Source: an uncultured Hormoscilla sp.
GTDB lineage: Bacteria > Cyanobacteriota > Cyanobacteriia > Cyanobacteriales > Desertifilaceae
DNA: 64,000 nt
Direction of reading: 5' to 3'
NCBI GenBank assembly: GCA_963921275.4
Contig: OZ001293.3
Span: forward strand, 5,536,001 to 5,600,000
Made by a program: the position numbers and the translations under genes. The notes under the pieces were generated by a model. That model was not told where the DNA came from. It searched no databases and saw only the letters and a program-made list of their open reading frames with translations. Positions 50,655-61,756 of the stretch are shown here, piece by piece. Within the stretch, counting starts at the first letter, position 1. Every line of letters starts with the position of its first letter.

Positions 50655-51596
50655 GTGGAAAAAAAACCTTTAAATGAAGTACTGCTTGGTGACTGCCGCG
50701 AAGTCATGAAGTCAATCCCGAACAATTACATATCTGCCTGCATAACCGACCCCCCTTATAACTATGAATTCATCGGTCACAAATGGGATGATTCAGAAAT
50801 TAACAGGCGTATTGACAGGATTAATACTAAGGAGAGTAAGACACTTGTCAAAAATATTCCTTATGGGAGCGGTTTGGCCGGTGGAGTTAGAAATGAGAGA
50901 TGGTATCAGCGGAACCGAGAGAACATTCTAGATTATCAAAACTGGTGTCTTGAATGGGGAAAAGAAATTTTCCGAATCTGCAAGCCTGGGGCCACAGTTC
51001 TAGTTTTTAACAGCACTCGTACAGTTGCCCACGTACAGGTAGCACTTGAGGATGCTGGCTTTTACGCGAGAGACATTGTCGTTTATCGGCGTTCTAGCGG
51101 CATTCCCAAAGGAGTCAATATCAGACGACAGCTAGAGAAAAGAGGTTACGATCGTCCAGAAGAATGGGATGGCTGGCATAGTTGCTTGAGGAATGAATGG
51201 GAAGCAATTTGTGTTTTGCAAAAGCCTCTGGTCAAGAATTACTTAGAGACATTATTGCAGCATGGTACGGGTCTTTTCTACACTAAAGATCCGTTGGGTG
51301 GATTTCAATCTAATATCTTAGAAAATATTTCCAAAGATAAAAGTGAAGATTTTAACGTTCACTGTACCATTAAACCTTTGAAACTGATGAAGAAATTAGT
51401 TGAGATCTTTGTACCCCGTACCCCAAGGACTATCTTGATGGATCCTTTTGCAGGATCGGGAACTACATTAGTTGCTGCCCAGGAGTTCAATATCAATTTT
51501 ATAGGTATTGAGATTGTGCCCGAGTATGTAGATATAATCGATAAGCGTCTTGAAGGGTTTAACGGTTCACAGGGAACTCTCCCGCTCTTTCAGTAA
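50655..51596 (+). CDS. Site-specific DNA N4/N6 methyltransferase (beta class)
   Basis: TDPPY precedes H.T.KP and DPFAGSGTT. Confidence 0.92.
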   Translation: MEKKPLNEVLLGDCREVMKSIPNNYISACITDPPYNYEFIGHKWDDSEINRRIDRINTKESKTLVKNIPYGSGLAGGVRNERWYQRNRENILDYQNWCLEWGKEIFRICKPGATVLVFNSTRTVAHVQVALEDAGFYARDIVVYRRSSGIPKGVNIRRQLEKRGYDRPEEWDGWHSCLRNEWEAICVLQKPLVKNYLETLLQHGTGLFYTKDPLGGFQSNILENISKDKSEDFNVHCTIKPLKLMKKLVEIFVPRTPRTILMDPFAGSGTTLVAAQEFNINFIGIEIVPEYVDIIDKRLEGFNGSQGTLPLFQ

Positions 51597-52113
51597 GAAA
51601 ACTCTTGAGATCGAAACCGCTCAAATTTTGAATAAATTCAAATGACTCATCGCCAATGTATACATTCCAATTTTCACTGTTACAGGCTGTAATTGCAGCA
51701 GGTAAATTATCCTTTCTAAGTATTAGGAAGACTGGCTCATAACCCCGATCGCGGAGTAAAGGACCATAAGACTTAATTTTTTTCAGCGTGCCTGAATCTC
51801 CGGAGCCAATTCGATACTTAGTATCTATTGCATAATTGCCAACAACTAAATCACATGGTTCATCATTTCCCAACTTAAATGCCGGTTGAAAATCACTGCA
51901 ATATGTTTTGCAAACTTCAACCACTAATAACTGCCAACACCTACCAAGTTCCCGTCCCCAATACTGCCTGTTCTCCCTTTTCAATTGAGGAGATAAGCCA
52001 AACACATTCATGAGGGGATCCAGTTCGTCATTCTCTTGAGAATAAACTTTATCACTAAAAGACCTTTGATATCTTTCTAAAATCTTATCTAGAGATTCCT
52101 CAGTCATTGTCAT
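51559..52113 (-). CDS. Putative type II restriction endonuclease (PD-(D/E)xK)
   Basis: EPCD-X7-DTK motif. It is convergent with and overlaps the MTase. Confidence 0.6.
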   Translation of the reverse strand: MTMTEESLDKILERYQRSFSDKVYSQENDELDPLMNVFGLSPQLKRENRQYWGRELGRCWQLLVVEVCKTYCSDFQPAFKLGNDEPCDLVVGNYAIDTKYRIGSGDSGTLKKIKSYGPLLRDRGYEPVFLILRKDNLPAAITACNSENWNVYIGDESFEFIQNLSGFDLKSFLTERAGEFPVNR

Positions 52114-52138
52114 TAACGAGATCCGCTAAACTTACCGA

Positions 52139-52194
52139 CGGTGTCACTTGACAGGCATGATAATATAGTAGATCATGCCTGTCAAGTGACACCG
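52139..52194 (-). promoter_or_regulatory. 23-bp perfect inverted repeat containing a sigma70-like promoter
   Basis: cggtgtcacttgacaggcatgat-N10-atcatgcctgtcaagtgacaccg. The minus strand reads TTGACA-N17-TATCAT toward the endonuclease gene. Confidence 0.65.
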
Positions 52195-52450
52195 ATAAGG
52201 CATCGGCTATCTTTTTGGCATTAACTGTAGCCCTCCCAGGACATGCAGCACCAGGAGACCGCGAAGGCGGGTTATCGGACTAGCGGGCGATCGGGTCTCT
52301 TGACAACGCTGCGCTAGTGCAAGATATCAGGTATAATAAAGAGAGGCTCGATCGCCTGCTAATTCCACCAGATTGCGAGATAAAATAGCGCGTAGCCGTG
52401 TTGAGACAGTCAGCCTTCGCAATTTTCAATTCACAATTTTTAATTAGCTT

Positions 52451-53011
52451 ATGATTAGTATAGTCGCGCCAACCCAAACTCTAGAGGAGTTTTTACAACT
52501 CCCAGAAACAAAACCTGCGTCCGAGTTTATTGATGGAGAAATTATCCAAAAAAAGATGCCTCAAGGTGAACATAGTGTGCTGCAAGGGGAACTATACGCA
52601 GCCATAAACAAAGCAGCTAAACCCAAAAAAATTGCTATGGCATTTCCAGAGTTACGCTGTACCTTTGGGGGTAACTCTATCGTTCCTGACATTTCCGTGT
52701 TTCGGTGGGAGAGAATTCCGGTTAATGCTGCTGGGAGGATTGCCAACCGTTTTCACATTCATCCGGATTGGTCAATTGAAATTCTTTCTCCCGACCAAAG
52801 ACAAACAAGGGTGTTAGGCAATCTCCTCTATTGTTCCCAACAGGGAACCGAGTTGGGTTGGTTGATTGACCCAGAGTCGGAGAACATTCTGGTGGTGTTC
52901 TCAGATCAACGGGTGCAAATATTCGGGGGGACCGATCGCTTGCCGATTCTGAGCGAAATTACATTATCATTAACGGTCGAGCAGGTTTTTGCTTGGTTAA
53001 CGATCAGTTAA
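52451..53011 (+). CDS. Uma2-family endonuclease
   Basis: LEEFLQLPETKPASEFIDG, PELRCTFG, VPDI and PDWSIEILSP motifs. Confidence 0.9.
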   Translation: MISIVAPTQTLEEFLQLPETKPASEFIDGEIIQKKMPQGEHSVLQGELYAAINKAAKPKKIAMAFPELRCTFGGNSIVPDISVFRWERIPVNAAGRIANRFHIHPDWSIEILSPDQRQTRVLGNLLYCSQQGTELGWLIDPESENILVVFSDQRVQIFGGTDRLPILSEITLSLTVEQVFAWLTIS

Positions 53012-53067
53012 GCGATCGGCAGCAATCTCCCATCGGACCAGTATAACAGATTATCTACCTTAACATC

Positions 53068-53500
53068 ATGTGGAATCCAGAAGACTACACGCTATCGCTA
53101 AGAATTCCGACGCTCAATTGAAGTGGGCACGAGAGTTAAGATCTCACCTGGATCTAACAAGTAACGAATCTATTCTAGATGTCGGCTGTGAAGATGGAAA
53201 AATTACTGCTGATTTTGCAGCAGCTTTACCACAAAACCGAGTATGTAGACAAGTCCCCTCAGATGATTGATTATGCCACAGACAAATACCCGACAGCCGC
53301 AATGACAGATAAGATCCTTAACCGAGAAGTATTGGATGTCCTGTTCTCAAATGCAATTCTGCACTGGGTAGATAATCACCAAGCATTCCTTCAAGGTGCA
53401 AATTGCGTTTTGCGTCCTGGTGGAAGGCTGATTATCTCTTGCGGGGGCGAGGGAAATGCTGCTGATATTTTGCAAGTTTTTGCCGAACTTGTAGTCCGAG
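53068..53500 (+). pseudogene. SAM-dependent (trans-aconitate-type) methyltransferase remnant
   Basis: MWNPEDY / KNSDAQLKW..ILDVGC.DGKIT / FSNAILHWV..LRPGG spread over three frames. Confidence 0.75.
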
Positions 53501-54183
53501 AACCTTTGGATCGAGCCTTGGGAGGATTCCTCCTCTCCACCGTGGGTTTTGGATCGTTCAAAATCGTTCATCTGCGCATTCACCATCGATATGTGGGTAC
53601 GCCCCTGGATTTTGCCACCGCCCAACGAGGGCAGAGTATTTATGCATTTTGGTGGAAAAATCTGATTAGTAATGTGAGTGAGGCAATTCGCTGCGAACGG
53701 GAAGAACTGGCAAGGAGGGGCCAAGCCTTTTGGCATAGCGAACTGCTCCTCTGGTATCTTTTAAGTCTGCTTTGGCTCGCCATTGACATGGTGCTAGGGG
53801 GGTGGAAAGGGGGCGTATTTTGGGGAATACAGGCCCTCATCGCCATTCTCACCCTGGACTGGACCAACTATTTGCAACATTACGGCTTAACTCGAAAGCA
53901 AGACGCCAGGGGTCGATACGAGCCCGTGCAAGTTCATCATGCCTGGTCCTCGGGAATATTCCTCCGGGATCTCGCTCTCTTTAATCTGATGAGGCACGGA
54001 GACCATCACGCCAATCCACAACGCCATTATCAGTCCCTAAGACATGACGACAATGTTCCCGAATACCCCTATAATTACTCAATCATGTATTTGCTGGCCT
54101 TAGTTCCCCCTCTCTTTCAGCGCATTGTACATCCATATTTGGACCGTTTTGAGTCCCAACAGCAACAGCCTCAGGAGGGGTGA
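53500..54183 (+). pseudogene. C-terminal half of an AlkB-like membrane di-iron hydroxylase/desaturase
   Basis: H..IHHR.VGTPLD, NYLQHYGL, HHAW and RHGDHHANP His boxes. The N-terminal half is missing. Confidence 0.8.
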
Positions 54184-54186
54184 AAC

Positions 54187-54966
54187 ATGGTTATTCTGAT
54201 TACGGGCGCATCTTCAGGCATTGGGCGCCAGCTCGTTTTGCACTATCTCAACCAGGGTCATGCTGTGGCTGCTGTGGCCCGGCGGGAGGAGAAGCTGGCA
54301 GAACTCTATCAAGCACCCCAGTCCCAAAACGGCACCCTGAAGATTTATCCTGCCGATGTCACCGACAAGCAAGCTATGGCAGGGGTCATTACGGCCACCG
54401 AACGGGACTTAGGTCCGCTGGATCTGGCGATCGCCAGTGCGGGTATTGCAACTCAGCAGCTCGCGGCCAATCTTGACCTAGAAGCATTTGAGCAAATCAT
54501 GGAAACTAACGTCATGGGGGTTTTTTATACCCTTGTGCCTGGGATAAATGCTATGATGGAGCGAGGACGAGGACAAGTGGTGGCTATTTCCAGTCTGGCT
54601 GCCTTTTACTCCGGGCCTCGCATAAGCACCTACTGTGCGTCTAAGGCTGCCCTTAACTACCAGCTGGAAGGGCTCTACTTTACCCTCAAGCCCCATGGCA
54701 TCCATGTCACAACGATTTGTCCTGGCTTTATCAAAACAGAAATAACGGGAGGACAGCCGGTGCCCGCGTACATGTGTCTGGAGGCAAATAGGGCCATTGA
54801 GAAGATTACACGGGCGATCGCCCAAAAGCGCCGACTATACTGCTTTCCCCTATGGCAATATCAACTCGTCAACTTCATAGCTATGCTGCCCAATGCCCTC
54901 AAAGGCTTCGTCTTCAACAGTGTGAATGAAAAAGTTTTTCCTCGTCCCAACTTCTCCAACTCGTGA
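54187..54966 (+). CDS. Short-chain dehydrogenase/reductase
   Basis: TGASSGIG, SAG, YCASK and CPGFI motifs. Confidence 0.92.
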   Translation: MVILITGASSGIGRQLVLHYLNQGHAVAAVARREEKLAELYQAPQSQNGTLKIYPADVTDKQAMAGVITATERDLGPLDLAIASAGIATQQLAANLDLEAFEQIMETNVMGVFYTLVPGINAMMERGRGQVVAISSLAAFYSGPRISTYCASKAALNYQLEGLYFTLKPHGIHVTTICPGFIKTEITGGQPVPAYMCLEANRAIEKITRAIAQKRRLYCFPLWQYQLVNFIAMLPNALKGFVFNSVNEKVFPRPNFSNS

Positions 54967-56102
54967 AGATGCCAACCACTCTGCTCACTAATCTACGCTA
55001 TCAGATCGGCTTAATTGGCTTCACCCGATTCAGCAATATCCTGAGGCTGTGCCACTATGCCATTGAGATCCATCCGCGCTATCTCTTGCGTCTCCTGTTA
55101 GTTGTAAGCTCAAGTCTGATTGGCTTACCTTTGGCACTCTGGGAACGAGTTGTCTATGGCCGAAGAATTGCCCAGACTCAGATCGAGCATCCACCTATTT
55201 TTATCATCGGTTATTGGCGCAGTGGCACCACCTATCTGCACAACCTGATGACTCAAGACTCAAGCTTTGGCTACCTGTCCATGTATCAGGCTATAGTCCC
55301 GGACTGTTCCCTTGTCGGTCAAGGTTGGCTGAAGCAACTCTTGGATAGAACTGTGCTGAATAAACGGCCTATGGATAACGTGACCTGGCCGCTGGATACC
55401 GCTCAGGAGGACGAAATAGCCCTCTGCAAAACCATGGCCACCTCCTTGTACACCAGTTTCATGTTTCCGAAAAAGTCCCTGGATTTGTTCCGCAGGTATG
55501 TCCTCATGGACGGGGCATCTAAAGGAACAATGGCAGAATTGAAGGGCAAATATTACCGACTGCTACAAATTGCTACCATCCACGCCCAAGGCAAGCCCCT
55601 GATTTTGAAAAATCCGGTCAACACCGCACGGATCGAGCTACTGCTGGAAATGTTTCCCGATGCCAAGTTTATCCACATTCATCGCTCTCCTTACCATGTC
55701 TTTCGGTCAAACAAAAACATGAACGAAACCTTGACTCCCATTACGACCTTACAAGCCTTGGATTTTACTAGCCCTGAGAGAGAGGAAAGGCTCCTGACGG
55801 TGTATGAAGAAATGATGCAGCGATATTTAGAGGAGCGCTCTCTGATTCCAGCAGGGAATCTAGTTGAAGTTCGTTTTGAGGATCTGGAGCGAAATCCCTT
55901 GAGAGAAATACAGCGGATTTATGCAGCACTGAATTTACCAAGCTATGAGGCATCGTCGTCGGCCTTCAAGACTTACATAGATTCTCAGAAGTCCTATAAA
56001 AAGAACGAACATCAGCTTGATGCTGAGGCACAACAGCAGGTCGAGCAGCGTTGGCGATTTGCCTTCTCAGAGTTTGGTTATGCCCTACAGGGCCACTCAT
56101 GA
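54963..56102 (+). CDS. PAPS-dependent sulfotransferase (Stf3-like)
   Basis: PIFIIGYWRSGTTYLHNL, RPMDN, LKNP..TARI, FIHIHRSP and FEDL motifs. Confidence 0.9.
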   Translation: MKMPTTLLTNLRYQIGLIGFTRFSNILRLCHYAIEIHPRYLLRLLLVVSSSLIGLPLALWERVVYGRRIAQTQIEHPPIFIIGYWRSGTTYLHNLMTQDSSFGYLSMYQAIVPDCSLVGQGWLKQLLDRTVLNKRPMDNVTWPLDTAQEDEIALCKTMATSLYTSFMFPKKSLDLFRRYVLMDGASKGTMAELKGKYYRLLQIATIHAQGKPLILKNPVNTARIELLLEMFPDAKFIHIHRSPYHVFRSNKNMNETLTPITTLQALDFTSPEREERLLTVYEEMMQRYLEERSLIPAGNLVEVRFEDLERNPLREIQRIYAALNLPSYEASSSAFKTYIDSQKSYKKNEHQLDAEAQQQVEQRWRFAFSEFGYALQGHS

Positions 56103-56846
56103 TTTCTCCCATTCACCCTCAAAAAGGAAACAAGAACAGAGAACAAATTTTTACTTTGTCTGGTGGTTGCCCTCAGCCTCCTATTGAGCAAGAGCAAGTT
56201 TTTACAAGGTCTGCTGCCCCAGGGACTGGTGAAAAAGCTACCGCTGGGGTGGACCGACGAAATGTATTGGACCGTCTTAAAATCAGGAGGACAGCGAGTC
56301 TATGTGGACATTCCCTGCCAGTTAAGACAGCCAGAGAGCTATAGGCCCAAAGCAGATGTGGAAGATGCCTACCGACTGACTGAAGCAGATATCCAATTCT
56401 TCTATGAGAATGGCTATCTCGGTCCCTTCACGTTGATGTCTCCTGCAGAGGCTGAATCACTATGGAAAGATATGGAGCAGAGTCTGGCGACAGAATCCCG
56501 CGTGTATCCCTATTCTCAGGGTGCCTATGTCATCGAAGTTCAAGATCGAGCATCATCTCAAGACGGGGTCAGAAGCAAGTACGAGACCAATATTCTGGCG
56601 ATGAACTATCGCGATCGCCATTTAGAAGTGGATACATTGCTCAACTTATTCAAACATCCTGCCCTCACCGAACGCTGTGCTCAACTCCTGGGTCCTGACT
56701 TGCTATTGTGGCGAACTCAATTTTTCCCCAAACCCTCTGGAGAAGCCGGTACCCCCTTGCATCAAGCGAGTTGTTATCTGCTGGACAACATGAAAACAGC
56801 GGTTGTCTATCCACCCGATCGCAGTGAGTTATTTCAATTAACCTGA
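56099..56846 (+). pseudogene. Non-heme Fe(II)/2OG halogenase (SyrB2/BarB-like), 3'-truncated
   Basis: FYENGYLGPF, NYRDRHL, LLGPDLLLWRTQFFPK and HQA. It ends before the distal His, and the ATG at 56099 is out of frame with the body. Confidence 0.75.
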
Positions 56847-56861
56847 CAACTAACAATAATT

Positions 56862-57030
56862 GGCGTTGCACAACTACGGGATGATAAGGGTTGAAAATTG
56901 AAAATTGTGAATGGTCAATTGAAATAGTCATAAATGTTCTAGAATAGACTATATTAGCTTATTCAATTTTCAATTTTCAATTTTCAATTTGCAACCATTG
57001 ACTGCTATCATCCCAAAAATGTGCAACGCC
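56862..57030. mobile_element. MITE-like element (169 bp)
   Basis: Imperfect 25-bp TIRs ggcgttgcacaactacgggatgata / tatcatcccaaaaatgtgcaacgcc, enclosing heptamer tracts. Confidence 0.7.
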
Positions 57031-57036
57031 CAATAA

Positions 57037-58323
57037 TTAATCTATAGCATAAACATCTTTGCCCCAGCCGATCGCATACCGGAGAGAATGAGATAAGTTT
57101 TTACTGGACATGGTAGTGAAAATTATGAGATTGATAAAGGCGATCGCAGCAGCAAGGGCGAACAGAGTATGATAATTAAATAAATCCGCAACGGTGCCAA
57201 ATGCTGGACCTGCGATCGCGATACCCAAATCAAATCCGCCCAGGAACAAACTAAAAATCCGCCCCCGTTCTTGAGGGTGGCAGCGGTCTGCCATCATCGC
57301 AGACAGGGAAGGAATAAGTATACCAAACCCCGACCCTTCTATAATGCCTGCGATTAAAAAGCCTCTGGCATCCTGGATGAAAGTCCACAAAATTAGCATC
57401 CCCAAGGCTTGCAGCAGGATAGCAATGCTAATAAACAACCCTCTGCCAAACCGCACGCTCAAGGGACCGACTGCTACGCGAGTGCAGAAGCTAGCGATCG
57501 CACTGGCAGTATAGAACCAGCCGGGATTAAGATCGACATTCATATCTTTAATAAATAAAGGCACGAATGTTGTCCGGGCTGCAAAAACCAGTGCTACTAG
57601 GAACAGCACCAGGGTAGGAATGCGGATGGGATGACTGTTTAACAAACTCCAGAATTTGTCTGATTTGGGCTTCTCTGGGAGATCCTGTGGGGTTTTCTGC
57701 ACCGATGGTTCTCTGATTTGTAAGCAAAAGACTAGACTCAATACTCCTAAAGAGGAGGTCAAGAGAAATAAAGGCCCATAACCGAATGATTCGGTCACAA
57801 CACCCTCCACAGCTGGCCCGATCGCCAGACCCAAGGGAGCCACCAACAGCATGTAGCCAATAATTTCTCCCCGATGTTGGGGGGGAGAAATGTCTGCCAC
57901 TAGGGCCAGATAGGCTGTGGTCAAGGCAGAAATACTGATGCCGTGGAACGCCCGGACTGCTATCAGCACCGGAATAGACACACCAACTAGATAGCCCAGG
58001 GGGGCGATCGCCACCACCGAGATCCCAATCAACAGAACAATTTTGCGACTACGTATGTCCGCCATCTGCCCCAGAGGCCTGCGAGACAGCAGCAGTCCAA
58101 TGGAAAATGATCCTATGACAATGCCCACATCTTGAGGAGTGCCCCCCACATGCTGGATATACAGAGGCAGGGTGCCCAGCAGAGAACCGATACTGCACCA
58201 AAACAGCAAAGCTGCCATGAACAGTCTCAGCAGGTCGTTGCGTAACTTGGGACTGAGGGTGCTAAAAACCTTCAAAACTGAATTTCCCCAGACTGAAAGA
58301 ACTTCTACTGCTCTGTCGCACAC
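57037..58323 (-). CDS. MFS transporter
   Basis: About 12 hydrophobic segments and the motif G.MAD..SRK. The true start is probably about 48 nt downstream of the listed start. Confidence 0.9.
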   Translation of the reverse strand: MCDRAVEVLSVWGNSVLKVFSTLSPKLRNDLLRLFMAALLFWCSIGSLLGTLPLYIQHVGGTPQDVGIVIGSFSIGLLLSRRPLGQMADIRSRKIVLLIGISVVAIAPLGYLVGVSIPVLIAVRAFHGISISALTTAYLALVADISPPQHRGEIIGYMLLVAPLGLAIGPAVEGVVTESFGYGPLFLLTSSLGVLSLVFCLQIREPSVQKTPQDLPEKPKSDKFWSLLNSHPIRIPTLVLFLVALVFAARTTFVPLFIKDMNVDLNPGWFYTASAIASFCTRVAVGPLSVRFGRGLFISIAILLQALGMLILWTFIQDARGFLIAGIIEGSGFGILIPSLSAMMADRCHPQERGRIFSLFLGGFDLGIAIAGPAFGTVADLFNYHTLFALAAAIAFINLIIFTTMSSKNLSHSLRYAIGWGKDVYAID

Positions 58324-58410
58324 GCAGAAACAGCTTATCTATCCTATTATGCTGTTTTACCATCCTGCTGCGCATCGCCGGTGCTGGCCAGACCCGCTCG
58401 GCTTAGAGGT

Positions 58411-58439
58411 AAAAAAATCAGGGCGACAACGCCCTGATT
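58411..58439 (-). terminator. Rho-independent terminator
   Basis: On the minus strand, aatcagggcg-ttgt-cgccctgatt is followed by a T run. Confidence 0.75.
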
Positions 58440-58517
58440 ATTGCAAACATGGAGTAGAACAACAATTTATCTAGTGCTGCGTTTAACCCTCACAAATCCA
58501 ACAAGTAGATCCGTGCA

Positions 58518-59352
<835 letters not shown>

Positions 59353-59783
59353 AGTATAACATCAGCATCTTTCGACGCTGAAGGCCACAGCCAGCAAAGC
59401 TCTTGGCGTAACACGCTACCGGGCTACTGGTCCTGCGAGCGCTTATAGTTAGCAGCCAGGGCTAGCCATCGGTCTGCTTTTTTCTAGCTTAGTGGACTTG
59501 CCTCGCAAAAAGCAAGTAATATATCGGATTTGCCGCTCTCAAGTAAGACGAGCGCCTGCTTGGCGCCATAATACGGAACTCCCGAGAGTATGCAAGTAAC
59601 CCGCAAAATGGAACTCTCGCAGGGTCCGATTACCCCAAATATGCCCAGATCTGTAAGTTTTTGAGCACTTGGTCGCAACTCTGTTTGCATCTAGAATTTG
59701 GTGCCCAGACCAGAGGAGGGGCTGTGTCGAGTGCCCCTTAATTTTCCTGCCCGCAACGTCCGATACGTTGCACCGGTGTAGCC

Positions 59784-60038
59784 CTAGATGCCTTGACGAG
59801 ACGCCAGCTTTTCAAAATTGGCCTGAGTTTGCTGTAGGAGCTGTTCTCGGCTATTTGTGGTTTGCTTGAGACTGGGGACCAGGTTGCGAGATTGTAGGGC
59901 CATGTGAAGCTGAAGATGGGCTACATACTCGCTGAAGCCTTCACTCGATATTGGGTTTTGGGTTTGTAGTTGATGTCTATTCAAGGTGTTCTCCTTCCCT
60001 AACGCGGCGTCATTGCCAACATCAATAGATGTTATCAC
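59784..60038 (-). CDS. Small conserved-looking hypothetical protein
   Basis: FSEYVAHLQLHMALQSRNLVP..REQLLQQTQANFEK helical pattern. Confidence 0.6.
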   Translation of the reverse strand: MITSIDVGNDAALGKENTLNRHQLQTQNPISSEGFSEYVAHLQLHMALQSRNLVPSLKQTTNSREQLLQQTQANFEKLASRQGI

Positions 60039-60374
60039 GCCCCTGAGACCCTCTGGACTAGTTCTTAATGAAGCTTAACTTTTTGCTGCTCTTTTATTAA
60101 CTTTTATAATGGTATCTAACATTTTTGCTAGTTTCGCTTAAGTTATGGTATAGGAGATTATCTGGTGCTAGGGACCGCTATGCCAGTTGGCAAGGGAGAC
60201 CGGGCGGGCGATCGCCATTATTTGACGATAAAGTCAACAGCAGTGCTGGTTGAATAATGTTATGCTCAAAGAGCCCGTTCTGAGAAAGCATGACAAATTG
60301 AAAATTGAAAATTGAAAATTGAAAAACTAACAACTGACAACTAACAACTAACAACTGACAAGGAGAGAAAGGAC

Positions 60375-61055
60375 ATGAAAAAAGATTTTGCAGTTGTGAT
60401 GTATCTGCTGCGGGAACGGCAGCAGTTTCTGGAAGAAATTAGCCAAGGGGTAAAGCTTAAATCTAAATTCTTAGGTCTGCTGATTTCTAGTTCGACATTT
60501 TTTGCCATCTATGGCCTGATAATGGGAGCATCCAGTAGTTGGTATCAAGCACTGGTTTCAGCGATCAAGTTGCCCGCCCTCTACTTGCTGACGGCCCTGA
60601 TCTGCTTTCCGACATTATACTTTTTCAATGTCATGTTTGGGGCGAAGCGAACTTTCGAGCAGTATTTGACTTTGCTGATGACGGCGATGTCATTAATTAG
60701 CGTTTTAATGTTTGGGTTTGCCCCGGTAGCGCTGTTTTTCCTGCTGAGTACGGACAATTACCTATTTTTTCTGTTGCTGAATGTGGCAATTCTCGGACTA
60801 ACGGGATTTTTGGGAGTTGATTTTTTCTATCAAGGCATGAAATTTCTTGCCGAGCAAGATAGCGAGGGTTGGGAACTCGGTTCTCAAATTTTGCTCTTAT
60901 GGTTGCTCCTTTATGCTTTTGTAGGCTGTCAATTAGAATGGATATTGAGACCTTTTTTCGGCTCCCCGGGATCGCCTTTCCAGCTTTTTCGCGAACTGGA
61001 AAGCAATTTTTATGTTGCCATAATCAAAGCGATATACTCTCTGTTCGGGTATTAA
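60375..61055 (+). CDS. Integral membrane protein (Yip1-like topology)
   Basis: Five TM segments, KLPALYLLT..ICFPTLY and W.LRPFFG motifs, and a good RBS. Confidence 0.75.
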   Translation: MKKDFAVVMYLLRERQQFLEEISQGVKLKSKFLGLLISSSTFFAIYGLIMGASSSWYQALVSAIKLPALYLLTALICFPTLYFFNVMFGAKRTFEQYLTLLMTAMSLISVLMFGFAPVALFFLLSTDNYLFFLLLNVAILGLTGFLGVDFFYQGMKFLAEQDSEGWELGSQILLLWLLLYAFVGCQLEWILRPFFGSPGSPFQLFRELESNFYVAIIKAIYSLFGY

Positions 61056-61081
61056 CTTAAATCTCTATTTAGCAGCAAATC

Positions 61082-61756
61082 ATGCAACAGGATTTGGCGG
61101 ATTTACAAATTACAGAAAAACAGGTAGAATCGTTAAGTGGCCTACCATGGGAGGAGGCGTTAGTCGGGAATTTATACAGCGGTGGGGTAGCACTCCTGGG
61201 AAAGCAGCTATTGGCATTTGCTCTCACTTTAATTATTTCTCTGCCCCTGGCATTACTCCTGACTAAAAATAGCAGTTATGGGCCGGAAGATTCTCAGGCG
61301 ATCGCCCAGCTGTTAAGCATCACCTTGAGGTTATCATTGGGTCTCACTTTGGGGTGGAATATCTATATGTGGAGGAAAGCCAAGCCTCTGAAAACTCTGG
61401 CGCGTCTGCTGGATGAAGTTAACAAATATTGCCAAGTGATTAAAGCTGTAGATATTATCGATAAACTAACAGCAGCGGGCAACTTGGAAGCAAGTTTGAT
61501 TAACCGCGAGGAGGTAATGGATGCGCTGCTGGTGACTAGAGACAGTTTAACTTCGGCGTTGCAGACAGAAAGAATTCTCAGAGAAAACCAGGATTTTATT
61601 AGCAGTCACTATCAGTTATTTGCTAATCTGGAAAATCAGCTAGCCGCCTTGATGGCATTAGAGGTGAGCAACCAAGCAAGTGAATATGGGAGGTTACTGA
61701 ATGAAGCATTAGAAATTGGCATGAGCGTGCAGCGAGAAATGCGAAAATTACGGTAG
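61082..61756 (+). CDS. Hypothetical membrane protein with a coiled-coil C-terminus
   Basis: Two TM segments and AL.TERILREN..EYGRLLNEAL. Confidence 0.7.
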   Translation: MQQDLADLQITEKQVESLSGLPWEEALVGNLYSGGVALLGKQLLAFALTLIISLPLALLLTKNSSYGPEDSQAIAQLLSITLRLSLGLTLGWNIYMWRKAKPLKTLARLLDEVNKYCQVIKAVDIIDKLTAAGNLEASLINREEVMDALLVTRDSLTSALQTERILRENQDFISSHYQLFANLENQLAALMALEVSNQASEYGRLLNEALEIGMSVQREMRKLR

